32,000 bases of DNA from an uncultured Acidobacteriota bacterium (GCA_963813585.1 CAWEZL010000001.1:4383600-4415599), one strand, 5' to 3'. Positions 16,474 through 25,562 are shown, counted from the stretch's first letter. The notes: generated by a model not told the origin, from the sequence alone. Translations and numbers: made by a program.

Positions 16474-19242
16474 ATGACCCTCGCGTCCGGCGCTCGGCTT
16501 GGACCGTACGAGGTTCTCTCGCCGCTGGGCGCAGGCGGGATGGGCGAGGTGTACCGCGCCAGAGACACGCGCCTGGGGCGCGACGTGGCGATCAAGGTGC
16601 TGCCCGCCACGGCTTCGTCCGACCCTGACCGCCGGCGCCGCTTCGAGCAGGAGGCGCGCGCCGCCTCCGCACTCTCCCATCCCAACATCTGCGTCCTCCA
16701 CGATATTGGTTCGACAAGCTCACCACAGGCGGCCGGCGGCGCGACGATCGACTTCCTCGTGATGGAACTGCTCGAGGGCGAGACCCTCGCGCATCGTCTC
16801 CGCAAGGGGCGGCTGCCCCTCGAGCAGGCGCTCGACCTGGGCGCGCAGGTCGCCGGCGCGCTGGCGGCGGCCCACAAGCACGGCATCGTCCATCGCGACC
16901 TCAAGCCCGCCAACATCATGCTGGTCAGGTCCGGCGCGGGCCTGCAGGCGAAGCTGCTGGACTTCGGTCTCGCGAAGCTGCAGGCCGAGCCGGTGCCGCC
17001 GGGCGACGGCGTGTCGGCGCTCCCAACCGAGGGGCCGGCGACGACGCCAGGCGCCGTCATGGGCACCGCGCCCTACATGGCGCCCGAGCAGCTCGAGGGG
17101 AAGGAAGCGGACGCGCGCACCGACCTCTTCGCGTTCGGCTGCGTGCTCTACGAGATGCTGACCGGCCGCCGCGCGTTCGCGGGCGAGAGCGAGGCGGCGG
17201 TCATCTCCGCGATCATGACGAGCGAGCCGCCGCCGGTCGCCTCGTTGCAGCCCGGCACGCCGCCCGCCCTCGAGCGGCTCGTGACGGCCTGTCTCGCGAA
17301 GGATCCGGACGCTCGGCGCCAGAGCGCGCACGACGTGGCGGAGGAACTGCGCGGGATTAGGGAAGCGGCGGGCGGCTCAGTCTCGCACCCCACTTCCTCC
17401 CACGATCGGCGCCGCCGGATGCTCGTCGTTGCTGCCCTTTTGTTGGTGGTCACCGCCGGCGCGCTGGCGCTGGCCGTCCGGGGCGGCTGGTGGAGCCCGA
17501 GGCCGGTGCCGGCCCGGTCGGACATCGCGATGCCCGAGGGCACCCACTTCAAGGTGTCCGCCATCCAGCTGGCGTTTGCGCCCGACGGCCGTGCGCTCGT
17601 GTTCAACGCGTTCAGCAGCTCCGGAGGCCGGCTGTACTGGCAGAGCCTCGACGGTTCCCCGGCGCGCGCCATTCCGGGCGCGGAGGGTGAGGGGACACCG
17701 GTCTTCTCACCGGACGGGAAGTACCTCGCCTTCCAGCAACGAGGGAATCTCGTGAGGCTCGCCCTCCCGTCCGGACAGCCGGGCGAGGCAAGCCACGTCG
17801 AGCCGATCGCGAAGGTCGGGTGGATGAGGGGCGCGAGCTGGGGCGAGGACGGTACGATTCTCTATTGCCCTGGGGCCAACCATGGGCTGTGGCGAGTCTC
17901 GGCCCAGGGAGGGCAGGCGCACGAGGTGACGAGGCCCGACCCGGGCCGCCGCGAGCAGAGTCACCGCTGGCCGTCGTTCCTTCCCGGCGGTCGCGCCGCG
18001 CTCTTCACCATCCTCGACGCGTCCGGCCGCATCGACCGGAGCGCCATCGCCCTCCTGAACATCCAGACCGGGCGGTGGGCGCGCATCATCGAACGCGGGA
18101 CGTGCGCCCGCTACCTGCCGAGCGGGCACATCGTCTACGCCCGCAACGGCGCGCTGCTGGCCGTCCGGTTCAACCTTGGCACGCTCGAGACGGTCGGCGA
18201 CCCGGTTCCCGTCGCCAGCGGCGTTCAGATGGATCGCGAGCCCGGCATGGGAGACGCATCGTTCGCGGTGTCACCGTCGGGTTCGGTGGCGTTCGCCCCG
18301 GAAATCCCCGTAGCCGCCCAGAGCACCCTGCTGTGGATCGACCGCCAGGGAAACCAGGAGGCCGTGACGGACGAGCGGCGCGCCTATCACGGAAACCTGG
18401 ACCTGTCGCGGGACGGACAGAAGCTCGCCGTGAGCATCACCGAGCAGGACTACGCGAATCTGTGGGTCTACGACCTTCGCGACCGGCGCTGGCAGCACCT
18501 GCCAGCCGAGGCGGACGAGATTTGCCCAAGCTGGTCGCCGACCGGCGATCGCCTGGCCTTTGCCTCCAACCGCAATGGCGCGTTCAATCTCTACGTGACA
18601 TCGCCGGGCGAGGAAGGGCGGACCAAGCGGCTGACGCAGTCACCGAACTGGCAGCTCCCCTTCTCGTGGTCGCCCGACGGGCGGCTCCTCGCCTACCAGC
18701 AACAGGACGGCTCGCGCAGTTGGAGCATCTGGATCCTCCCGCTCGACGGCGATCGGAAGCCGTGGCACTGGGGCCCGGTGCAGAAGGGCGCCTCGCTGCC
18801 TGCGTTCTCGCCGACGGACGGGCGATGGCTGGCGTACCAGTCGGAGGAGGCTGCGGCGGGAACCATGGATGTGTACGTGCAGCCGTTCCCCGGTCCGGGT
18901 CCGCGGCAGTCGGTGTCGGGCGCCGGGGGAGGGCTCGGACCGGTATGGTCACCGGACGGCCGTGAACTCCTGTACCTGCCTGGGTCCGTCACGGACAACC
19001 GGATCATGGCCATGGACGTCTCTCCGGGTCCGCCGTTGAAGCTCGCGAACCCCCACGTGGCGTTCGCGCTGCCGTTCGCGCCTCCCGACATGATTGCGTA
19101 TCTCCTACGCGTCTTTGCGCTCGCGCCGGACGGTCGCCGCCTGGTCGTGGTGCGGCCGGATTCGACGGCGCCGACAGAGATTCACAAGCTCACGCTCGTT
19201 CGCAACTGGGCGGAGGAGGTCAAGGCGAAGGTGGGACGCTAG
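16474..19242 (+). CDS. transmembrane Ser/Thr protein kinase with extracytoplasmic PD40/TolB-like beta-propeller domain (paralog 1 of 3)
   Basis: Intact 922-aa ORF. Hanks motifs 'GAGGMGEVY', 'VAIKVL', 'HRDLKPANIM', 'DFGLAK' and 'APYMAPEQ'. One TM helix 'MLVVAALLLVVTAGALALAV'. This is followed by about 560 aa with repeated 'FSPDGKYLAF', 'WSPTGDRLAF', 'WSPDGRLLAY', 'FSPTDGRWLAY' and 'WSPDGRELLY'. Confidence 0.93.
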   Translation: MTLASGARLGPYEVLSPLGAGGMGEVYRARDTRLGRDVAIKVLPATASSDPDRRRRFEQEARAASALSHPNICVLHDIGSTSSPQAAGGATIDFLVMELLEGETLAHRLRKGRLPLEQALDLGAQVAGALAAAHKHGIVHRDLKPANIMLVRSGAGLQAKLLDFGLAKLQAEPVPPGDGVSALPTEGPATTPGAVMGTAPYMAPEQLEGKEADARTDLFAFGCVLYEMLTGRRAFAGESEAAVISAIMTSEPPPVASLQPGTPPALERLVTACLAKDPDARRQSAHDVAEELRGIREAAGGSVSHPTSSHDRRRRMLVVAALLLVVTAGALALAVRGGWWSPRPVPARSDIAMPEGTHFKVSAIQLAFAPDGRALVFNAFSSSGGRLYWQSLDGSPARAIPGAEGEGTPVFSPDGKYLAFQQRGNLVRLALPSGQPGEASHVEPIAKVGWMRGASWGEDGTILYCPGANHGLWRVSAQGGQAHEVTRPDPGRREQSHRWPSFLPGGRAALFTILDASGRIDRSAIALLNIQTGRWARIIERGTCARYLPSGHIVYARNGALLAVRFNLGTLETVGDPVPVASGVQMDREPGMGDASFAVSPSGSVAFAPEIPVAAQSTLLWIDRQGNQEAVTDERRAYHGNLDLSRDGQKLAVSITEQDYANLWVYDLRDRRWQHLPAEADEICPSWSPTGDRLAFASNRNGAFNLYVTSPGEEGRTKRLTQSPNWQLPFSWSPDGRLLAYQQQDGSRSWSIWILPLDGDRKPWHWGPVQKGASLPAFSPTDGRWLAYQSEEAAAGTMDVYVQPFPGPGPRQSVSGAGGGLGPVWSPDGRELLYLPGSVTDNRIMAMDVSPGPPLKLANPHVAFALPFAPPDMIAYLLRVFALAPDGRRLVVVRPDSTAPTEIHKLTLVRNWAEEVKAKVGR

Positions 19243-19244
19243 TC

Positions 19245-19327
19245 GACGGACTCCGTCAGTCGGTGAACTCCGTCAGTCGGCAAACTCCGTCAGTCGGCGA
19301 ACTGCGGCACTCCGTCAGTTACGGAGT
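19245..19327. repeat. 17-nt-period tandem direct repeats plus hairpin in the kinase-1/kinase-2 spacer
   Basis: The core 'actccgtcagtcgg' occurs at 19250, 19267 and 19284, separated by 3-nt spacers. A degenerate copy follows, then 'actccgtcagttacggagt' (19309-19327), a 7-bp-stem hairpin. The first copy is also embedded in the near-palindrome 'gacggactccgtc'. Confidence 0.85.
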
Positions 19328-19352
19328 CGGGTCTTCAGCGCCGAGGAGTCGC

Positions 19353-22097
19353 ATGACCCTGCCAGGTGGCTCGCGGCTCGGCCCGTACGAAGTTCTGTCC
19401 CTCATCGGGGCAGGCGGCATGGGCGAGGTGTACCGCGCGCGGGACACGCGCCTGGGGCGCACCGTCGCCATCAAGGTGCTGCCCGCCACGGCCTCGTCCG
19501 ACCCTGACCGTCGCCGCCGCTTCGAGCAGGAGGCGCGCGCGGTTTCTGCGCTCTCTCATCCCAACATCTGCGTCCTCCACGACATTGGTTCGACAAGCTC
19601 ACCACAGGCGGCCGGCGGCGCGACGATCGACTTCCTCGTGATGGAGTTGCTCGAGGGCCACACCCTCGCGCACCGGCTGCGCAAGGGGCCGCTGTCGCTC
19701 GAGCAGGCGCTCGACCTCGGCGCACAGATCGCCGACGGGCTCGCGGCCGCGCACAAGCACGGCATCGTTCACCGCGACCTCAAGCCCGCCAACATCATGC
19801 TGGTCAGGTCCGGCGCGGGCCTGCAGGCGAAGCTGCTGGACTTCGGTCTCGCGAAGCTGAAGGCCGAGCCGGTGCCGCCGGGCGACGGCGTGTCGGCGCT
19901 CCCAACCGAGGGACCGGCGACGACGCCCGGCGCCGTCATGGGCACCGCGCCCTACATGGCGCCCGAGCAGCTCGAGGGGAAAGAGGCCGACGCGCGCACC
20001 GATCTCTTCGCGTTCGGGTGCGTGCTCTACGAGATGCTGACCGGCCGCCGCGCGTTTGCCGGCGAGAGCGAGGCGAGCGTCATCTCGGCGATCATGACGA
20101 GCGAGCCGCCCCCGGTGAGTTCGCTGCAGCCCGTCACTCCGCCCGCCCTCGCGCGGCTCGTGAAGGCATGCCTCGCGAAAGACCCGGACGCCCGCCGCCA
20201 GAGCGCGCACGACGTGGCCGAGGAGTTGCGCGGCATCGCGGAAGGCGGGCAAACCACGGCGCCAGGACGCGCGTCCCACGCGCGCCGCCGGGGCAGGCTC
20301 GTGTGGGCGGGTGCCGGGGCACTGCTCGTGATCCTCGTGGCAACCCTGGTGGCGCTGAGTGTCGGGTCCCAGTGGTGGGATCGAAAGCCGGTGCGGACGG
20401 AGATCGCGCTGCCTCGCGGGACGGTCTTCATCGCCGACGGGACCAACCACCTGGCGCTTGCCCCCGACGGCAGCGGCCTGGTGTACCGCGCGTTCAGCAG
20501 GGAACAGCACCGGCTGTACTGGCGGCGGCTCGATGAGACCGCCCCGCAGGTCATTCCGGGTTCGGAAGGGGGATCGCAGCCATTCTTCTCGCCGGACGGG
20601 AAGTACCTGGGCTTCATGACGGGGGAGAAGCTCGTGAAGCTGGCGCTCCCGTCCGGCCAGCCCGGGGACGGCGGCCCGATTGAGCCTGTCGCCGAAATTG
20701 GGTCGGCGGGAGTGAGAGGCGCGAGCTGGGGTGACGACGGCACCATCCTCTACACCCCCGGGAGTTACGCCGGGCTGTGGCGCGTGCCGGCGAGCGGCGG
20801 CCGACCGCAGGAACTGACGAGGCCGGATCCCGCGAACAACGAGCAGAGCCATCGCTGGCCGTGCTTCCTGCCTGGCGGCCGCGCCGCGCTGTTCACGATC
20901 CACCACGCGTCCGGCCGTCAGGACCGAAGTGCCATCGCGGTCGTCTCGCTCGACGACGGCAAGTGGCGGCGCATCGTCGAGCACGGGAGCGGCGCCCGTT
21001 ACCTGCCGACCGGGCACGTCGTGTTTGCCCGCAATGGGTCGCTGTTCGCCGTTCGCTTCGACCCGAGGGCGGCGACGACCACGGGCGAGCCGGTTGCCGT
21101 CGCCACCGGCGTCCTGATGCACCGGCGGTCCACAGGAGCCGCGTTCTTCGACGTGTCGCGCTCGGGCTCGCTCGTCGTGGCCAGGTCCGACGGGCCGCCA
21201 AAGGGCGTGCTCGTCTGGGTAGACCGCCAGGGGCGCGTCGAGCCGGTGACGGCCGACCCCCGCGCCTACAACGCCGAGCTCGCCCTGTCGCGAGACGGAA
21301 GCAAGCTCGCCGTCAGCATCATCGGGCCCGAGTACGACAACCTGTGGGCGTACCACGTCCACGAGCAGAGGTGGCAGCAGTTCACGTCGGCGGCCGACGA
21401 GGAATACCCGCTGTGGTCCCCCGGCGGCGATCGGCTCGCGTTCGCCTCCAACCGCGACGGTCCGTTGAACATATATGTCGCCCGATCCGACGGAGAACGG
21501 GCCGAACGGCTGACGACGTCGCCGCGCTCGCAGGTCCCGATCTCGTGGTCGCCGGACGGCCGGTTCATCGCCTACCAGGAAGGCTTCGCGATCTGGATCC
21601 TGCCGCTCGACGGCGATCGGAAGCCGTGGCGTTGGGGGCCGGAGCCGTTGGGCTACCCGTTCCCGGTGTTCTCGCCCGACGGCCGCTGGGTGGCGTACCA
21701 GTCGCTCGAGACGGGCGGAGACCCTCTCGTCGGCAACTTCAACGTGCACGTCCGCCCGTTCCCGGGTCCCGGGCCGAGGCAGACCGTCTCGGGTCCCGAC
21801 GGCGGCGTCTCACCGGTGTGGTCGCCGGACGGCCGTGAACTCCTGTACATGCCGGGGTCTGCCACGGACAACCGGATCATGGCGGTAGACGTCTCTCCAG
21901 GTTCGCCGTTGAAGCTCGCGAACCCGCACGTGGCGTTCGCGCTGCCGTTCGGCTTGTGGTCGATGCACCCGTTCGCGCTTGCCCCGGACGGGCAGAGGCT
22001 CGTCATGGTACGGCGCGACGAGGGTATTCCGACCGAGGTCCAGAGCCTGGCGCTGGTCCGGAACTGGGCGCAAGAGGTGAAGGCGAAGGTCAGGTAA
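19353..22097 (+). CDS. transmembrane Ser/Thr protein kinase with PD40/TolB-like beta-propeller domain (paralog 2 of 3)
   Basis: 914 aa from ATG 19353 (SD GAGGAG at 19344-19349). The ORF-track start at 19263 is an upstream in-frame extension through the repeats. Same motif set and topology as paralog 1. Confidence 0.93.
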   Translation: MTLPGGSRLGPYEVLSLIGAGGMGEVYRARDTRLGRTVAIKVLPATASSDPDRRRRFEQEARAVSALSHPNICVLHDIGSTSSPQAAGGATIDFLVMELLEGHTLAHRLRKGPLSLEQALDLGAQIADGLAAAHKHGIVHRDLKPANIMLVRSGAGLQAKLLDFGLAKLKAEPVPPGDGVSALPTEGPATTPGAVMGTAPYMAPEQLEGKEADARTDLFAFGCVLYEMLTGRRAFAGESEASVISAIMTSEPPPVSSLQPVTPPALARLVKACLAKDPDARRQSAHDVAEELRGIAEGGQTTAPGRASHARRRGRLVWAGAGALLVILVATLVALSVGSQWWDRKPVRTEIALPRGTVFIADGTNHLALAPDGSGLVYRAFSREQHRLYWRRLDETAPQVIPGSEGGSQPFFSPDGKYLGFMTGEKLVKLALPSGQPGDGGPIEPVAEIGSAGVRGASWGDDGTILYTPGSYAGLWRVPASGGRPQELTRPDPANNEQSHRWPCFLPGGRAALFTIHHASGRQDRSAIAVVSLDDGKWRRIVEHGSGARYLPTGHVVFARNGSLFAVRFDPRAATTTGEPVAVATGVLMHRRSTGAAFFDVSRSGSLVVARSDGPPKGVLVWVDRQGRVEPVTADPRAYNAELALSRDGSKLAVSIIGPEYDNLWAYHVHEQRWQQFTSAADEEYPLWSPGGDRLAFASNRDGPLNIYVARSDGERAERLTTSPRSQVPISWSPDGRFIAYQEGFAIWILPLDGDRKPWRWGPEPLGYPFPVFSPDGRWVAYQSLETGGDPLVGNFNVHVRPFPGPGPRQTVSGPDGGVSPVWSPDGRELLYMPGSATDNRIMAVDVSPGSPLKLANPHVAFALPFGLWSMHPFALAPDGQRLVMVRRDEGIPTEVQSLALVRNWAQEVKAKVR

Positions 22098-22132
22098 ATG
22101 CAAAATGCAAAGCGCACAATGCAGGATGCAAA
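22098..22132. repeat. AT-rich heptamer tandem repeat (ATGCAAA-like x5)
   Basis: 'atgcaaa atgcaaa gcgcaca atgcagg atgcaaa' begins on the base after the TAA of kinase 2. Its AT-richness is conspicuous against the surrounding sequence. Confidence 0.8.
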
Positions 22133-22156
22133 TACCCGAAGCCGAGTGAGGAGCGA

Positions 22157-22234
22157 ATGACGGTGGCCTCCGGTATCCGGCTCGGCCCGTACCGACGGCG
22201 AGATCTCGCCGTCAAGGGGAGCGGCTCATGCTGA
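22157..22234 (+). pseudogene. vestigial 5' end of a further kinase paralog
   Basis: SD GAGGAG (22148-22153) followed by ATG 22157 encoding 'MTVASGIRLGPY'. This is collinear with the kinase N-termini 'MTLASGARLGPYEVL' and 'MLSSGTRLGPYEIL'. Homology then ends abruptly and the frame stops after 25 codons. Confidence 0.6.
22194..22213. promoter_or_regulatory. perfect 20-bp palindrome immediately upstream of the kinase-3 SD
   Basis: 'gacggcgagatctcgccgtc' equals its own reverse complement. It sits exactly where the vestigial kinase homology breaks off, 14 nt before ATG 22228. Confidence 0.45.
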
Positions 22235-25003
22235 GCTCGGGAACCAGGCTCGGCCCCTACGAGATCCTCGGAGCGCTCGGGGCCGGCGGAATGGGCGAGG
22301 TGTACAAGGCGCGCGACACGCGCCTGGGGCGCACCGTCGCCATCAAGGTGCTACCCGCCACGGCTTCGTCCGACCCTGACCGGCGCCGCTTCGAGCAGGA
22401 GGCGCGCGCGGTTTCTGCGCTCTCTCATCCCAACATCTGCGTCCTCCACGACATTGGTTCGACAAGCTCACCACAGGCGGCCGGCGGCGCGACGATCGAC
22501 TTCCTCGTGATGGAGTTGCTCGAGGGCCAAACCCTCGCGCACCGGCTGCGCAAGGGGCCGCTGCTCGCTCGAGCAGGCGCTCGATCTCGGCGCGCAGATC
22601 GCCGACGCGCTGGCGGCCGCCCACAAGCACGGCATCGTCCATCGCGATCTCAAGCCCGCCAACATCATGCTGGTCAAGTCCGGCGCGGGCCTGCAGGCGA
22701 AGCTGCTGGACTTCGGTCTCGCGAAGCTGAAGGCACAGCCGGCCGTGGTGCCCGGCGAGATGTCTGCGCTCCCAACCGAGGGACCGGCGACGTCGCCCGG
22801 CGCCGTCATCGGCACCGTGCCCTACATGGCGCCCGAGCAGCTCGAGGGGAAGGAAGCGGACGCGCGCACGGATCTGTTCGCGTTCGGGTGCGTGCTCTAC
22901 GAGATGCTGACGGGCCGGCGCGCGTTTGCGGGCGAGACCGAGGCGAGCGTCATCTCCGCGATCATGACGAGCGAGCCGCCGCCTATCGCCTCGTTGCAGC
23001 CCGGCACGCCGCCCGCCCTCGAGCGCCTGGTGAACGCCTGTCTCGCGAAAGACCCGGACGCCCGCCGCCAAAGCGCGCACGACGTCGCAGAGGAACTCCG
23101 CGGCATCGGGCAGGACTCGGTCGCGCTGGTGGCAACTCGCGCCAGCCGGCCCGCCCGGCGACGCGGATGGACGGTCGCTGCGGTCGTTGCCGCGATCGTC
23201 CTGGTCGGCGCCGCGGCGGCGTGGCTCGCGCTCGGCCGGCGGTCGGGACGCTCCCCGGCCCCGCTCCACTTCGCCTTGACCATGCCGCGAAAGACGGTCT
23301 TCAATCGCGGCACCGCGACCGCGGCTCTCACCACGTCCGCGGATGGTCGCAGCGTCGTCTACATGGGAAACGAGGACTTGCGTGGTCAGCTGTACTGGGC
23401 AGACGTAAACGGGTCCGGGGGCTGGGTACTGCCCGGAACTGACGGGGCCCTCAACCCGTTCCTCTCGCCAGACGGGCACTGGCTCGGGTTCTGGAGGGAC
23501 GGGAAGATCCTGAAGCTGCCGCTGCGGTCGGGGCGCGTCCTCGAAGGGAGCACGGCCGCCGAGGTGGCGAAGACCAACCCCGTGCGCGGTGCGAGCTGGG
23601 GCGATGACGACACCATCGTCTGGGGCAATGACCAGGGCCTGTGGCAGGTGCCGGCAAGCGGGGGAACGCCGCACCAGTTGACGAGGTCCCACCCGGCGAA
23701 GGACGAGCATTCCCACCGCTGGCCCTGCTTCCTCCCTGGCAGCCGAAGCGTCCTGTTTACGATTCTCCATGCCTCCACCCGCTCCGATCGGAGCGCGATC
23801 GCGGTGCTGTCGCTCGACACGGGTCACATCACAAGGGTCGTCGAGGGCGGCGTCTACGCCCGGTACCTTCCCGATGGTTACATGGTCTTCGCACGCAGTG
23901 TCTTCGCGAGGAGCGGAACGGTGCTGGCCGTTCCATTCGATGCGCGGACGCTGAAGACGACCGGAAGCCCGGTGCCTGTCCTGAGCGAAGTCTATCTGCG
24001 CGACGGCTCGAACAGCGCCGGCTTCGCCGTCGCCGCCGACGGCACGGTGGTCTATGTCAACGAGACCGCGGAACGGCCAAGCAACGCCCTGATGTGGGTT
24101 AACCGCGACGGTCGCGCCGACTCGGCGGTGCCCGACCGCGAGCCCTTCGTGCCCGACCCGATCGCCCTCTCCCCAGATGGACAACGGCTGGCAGTCGCCA
24201 TCGCCGGCAGCCCCTACATGAACATCTGGGTCATCAACCTGCGTGACGGACGGTGGCAGCAGTTGAAGGTGGACGCCGATTGCGACACGCCCGTCTGGTC
24301 GCCGCAGGGTGATCGGGTGGCGTTCGCGTCGATTCTCACCGACCGCGTGAGCATCTACACCATGACCGCGGACGGCTTCAGCCGTCCGGAGCGCGTGACC
24401 GAATCGAAGAACCAGCCGTGGCCCAGTTCGTGGTCGCCCGACGGGTTCCTGGCGTACGAAGAGGACCAGAGGCCGGCGGGGGGGAAGACGTTCGAGACCT
24501 ACGTCCTGCCGCTCGGTCGCGGTGGGACGGCCCGGCGTTGGGGGCCGGAAGGGGTCCACGTCACGGACGCCGTCTTCTCCCCCGACGGGCGATGGATTGC
24601 CTACCAGTCAATCGAGTCGGGGACGTGGGACGTCTACGTCGAGGCGTTCCCCGGACCTGGGCCCAAGCAGCGCGTCTCGGGCAGCAACGGCGGCCGCGGG
24701 CCGTCGTGGTCATCGGACGGAAACGAAATCTACTTCATCGAGCGTCTACGGGACACCCGCATCATGGGCAGCCGCATCGAGTCGTTCTCGCCCCTGCGGC
24801 TGGCCGCGCCGCGCGTCGTCTTCGCGCTCCCGTTCCCCCTGGACAACGGTGCCGGGTTTTGGGGGACCCGGGCCTATGCGGTGGAACCCGGCGGTCAACG
24901 GGTCCTCGTGGTGCAACCCGACGAGCAGAAGCCGAAGGACATCAACACGCTGCAGGTGGTCCGCAACTGGCCCGAGGAGGTGAAGGCGAAGGTGGGACGG
25001 TGA
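22228..25003 (+). pseudogene. transmembrane Ser/Thr protein kinase with PD40/TolB-like beta-propeller domain (paralog 3 of 3), single +1 frameshift
   Basis: ORF 22228..23442 carries 'GAGGMGEVY' and 'VAIKVL', then goes out of frame. ORF 22667..25003 resumes within the kinase at 'MLVKSGAGLQAKLLDFGLAK' and runs on through 'VPYMAPEQ', the TM helix and the propeller. Alignment with paralog 2 shows one extra C at 22564 ('ccgctgCtcgctcgag' versus 'ccgctgtcgctcgag'). There is also an in-frame loss of one Arg codon in 'DPDRRR(R)FEQ'. Confidence 0.9.
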
Positions 25004-25028
25004 CGGAAGTCAGCGAGGTGGGCGGGGC

Positions 25029-25562
25029 TCACCACCCCGCGATCGCGGTCAGGTTCCTTCGGAACCTCAGCAGCACCTTCGACTCGATGAGATCGGTCCA
25101 GCCGAAGGCCGCCCGCTCGGTCACCCGCCCGTCCCCGAACGACAGCACCTCGAGGCGTCGCGCCAACTGGTGCACGAGCCAGCACTCGCGCACGCCGTAC
25201 TGCGCGAACCAGCCCACACGCTCCTCCAGCCTGCCGATCCGGGGATGCGGCGAAAGGACTTCCACGACGAGGTCCGGGGCGCCGTGCAGCCGATCCAGGG
25301 TCACAAGGTCCCGTCCCGCCGCCACGAACACGAGATCGGGTTGGAGAATCAGCGCCCTCGGGACGTCCAGGACGATGTCGAGCGGGGACAGGAATACCTC
25401 GCCCAGGTGGTGCTCCTCGACGTGGGCGTCGAGTGCCTTGTACAGGCGCGCGACAAGCCGCTGGTGCACCACCGTCGGTGACTCGGCCGCGCGCAGCACA
25501 CCGTAGATCAGCTCTTGCGGCTGGAGGGTTTCTGGCGTCTGGAAGTACTCCGCTGTGGTCAT
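25029..25562 (-). CDS. Uma2-family (DUF820) putative restriction-endonuclease-like protein
   Basis: 177 aa from ATG 25562 (SD GGGGAGGGG). 'ELIYGVL...PTVVHQRLVARLYKALDAHVEEHHLGEVFLSPLDIVL...ILQPDLVFV...PDLVVEVLSP...GRLEERVGWFAQYGVRECWLV' fits the Uma2 PD-(D/E)xK-like layout. Confidence 0.8.
   Translation of the reverse strand: MTTAEYFQTPETLQPQELIYGVLRAAESPTVVHQRLVARLYKALDAHVEEHHLGEVFLSPLDIVLDVPRALILQPDLVFVAAGRDLVTLDRLHGAPDLVVEVLSPHPRIGRLEERVGWFAQYGVRECWLVHQLARRLEVLSFGDGRVTERAAFGWTDLIESKVLLRFRRNLTAIAGW

Noticed and set aside
16700-16730. A tRNA-like 'ggttcga' T-loop-like string, repeated in all three kinases and once in the DUF1697 gene.
   Set aside because: It is embedded in well-supported coding sequence ('DIGSTSSPQ'). 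No cloverleaf arms can be drawn around it.
19245-19327. The tandem 14-nt repeats as a miniature CRISPR array.
   Set aside because: The repeats are 14 nt with 3-nt 'spacers', nowhere near CRISPR dimensions. There are no cas genes in the window.
19599-21749. A 716-aa minus-strand ORF antisense to kinase 2, plus many similar long 'shadow' ORFs: 54..1568, 1923..2903, 3911..5212, 5261..6694, 6238..7353, 8021..8848, 13455..14783, 14246..15397, 15234..16628, 22343..24559 and 25515..27653.
   Set aside because: Their translations are Arg/Pro/Gly/Ala-rich low-complexity strings without any motif. Each lies opposite to, or out of frame with, an ORF carrying clear family signatures. Long stop-free alternative frames are expected at ~70% GC.
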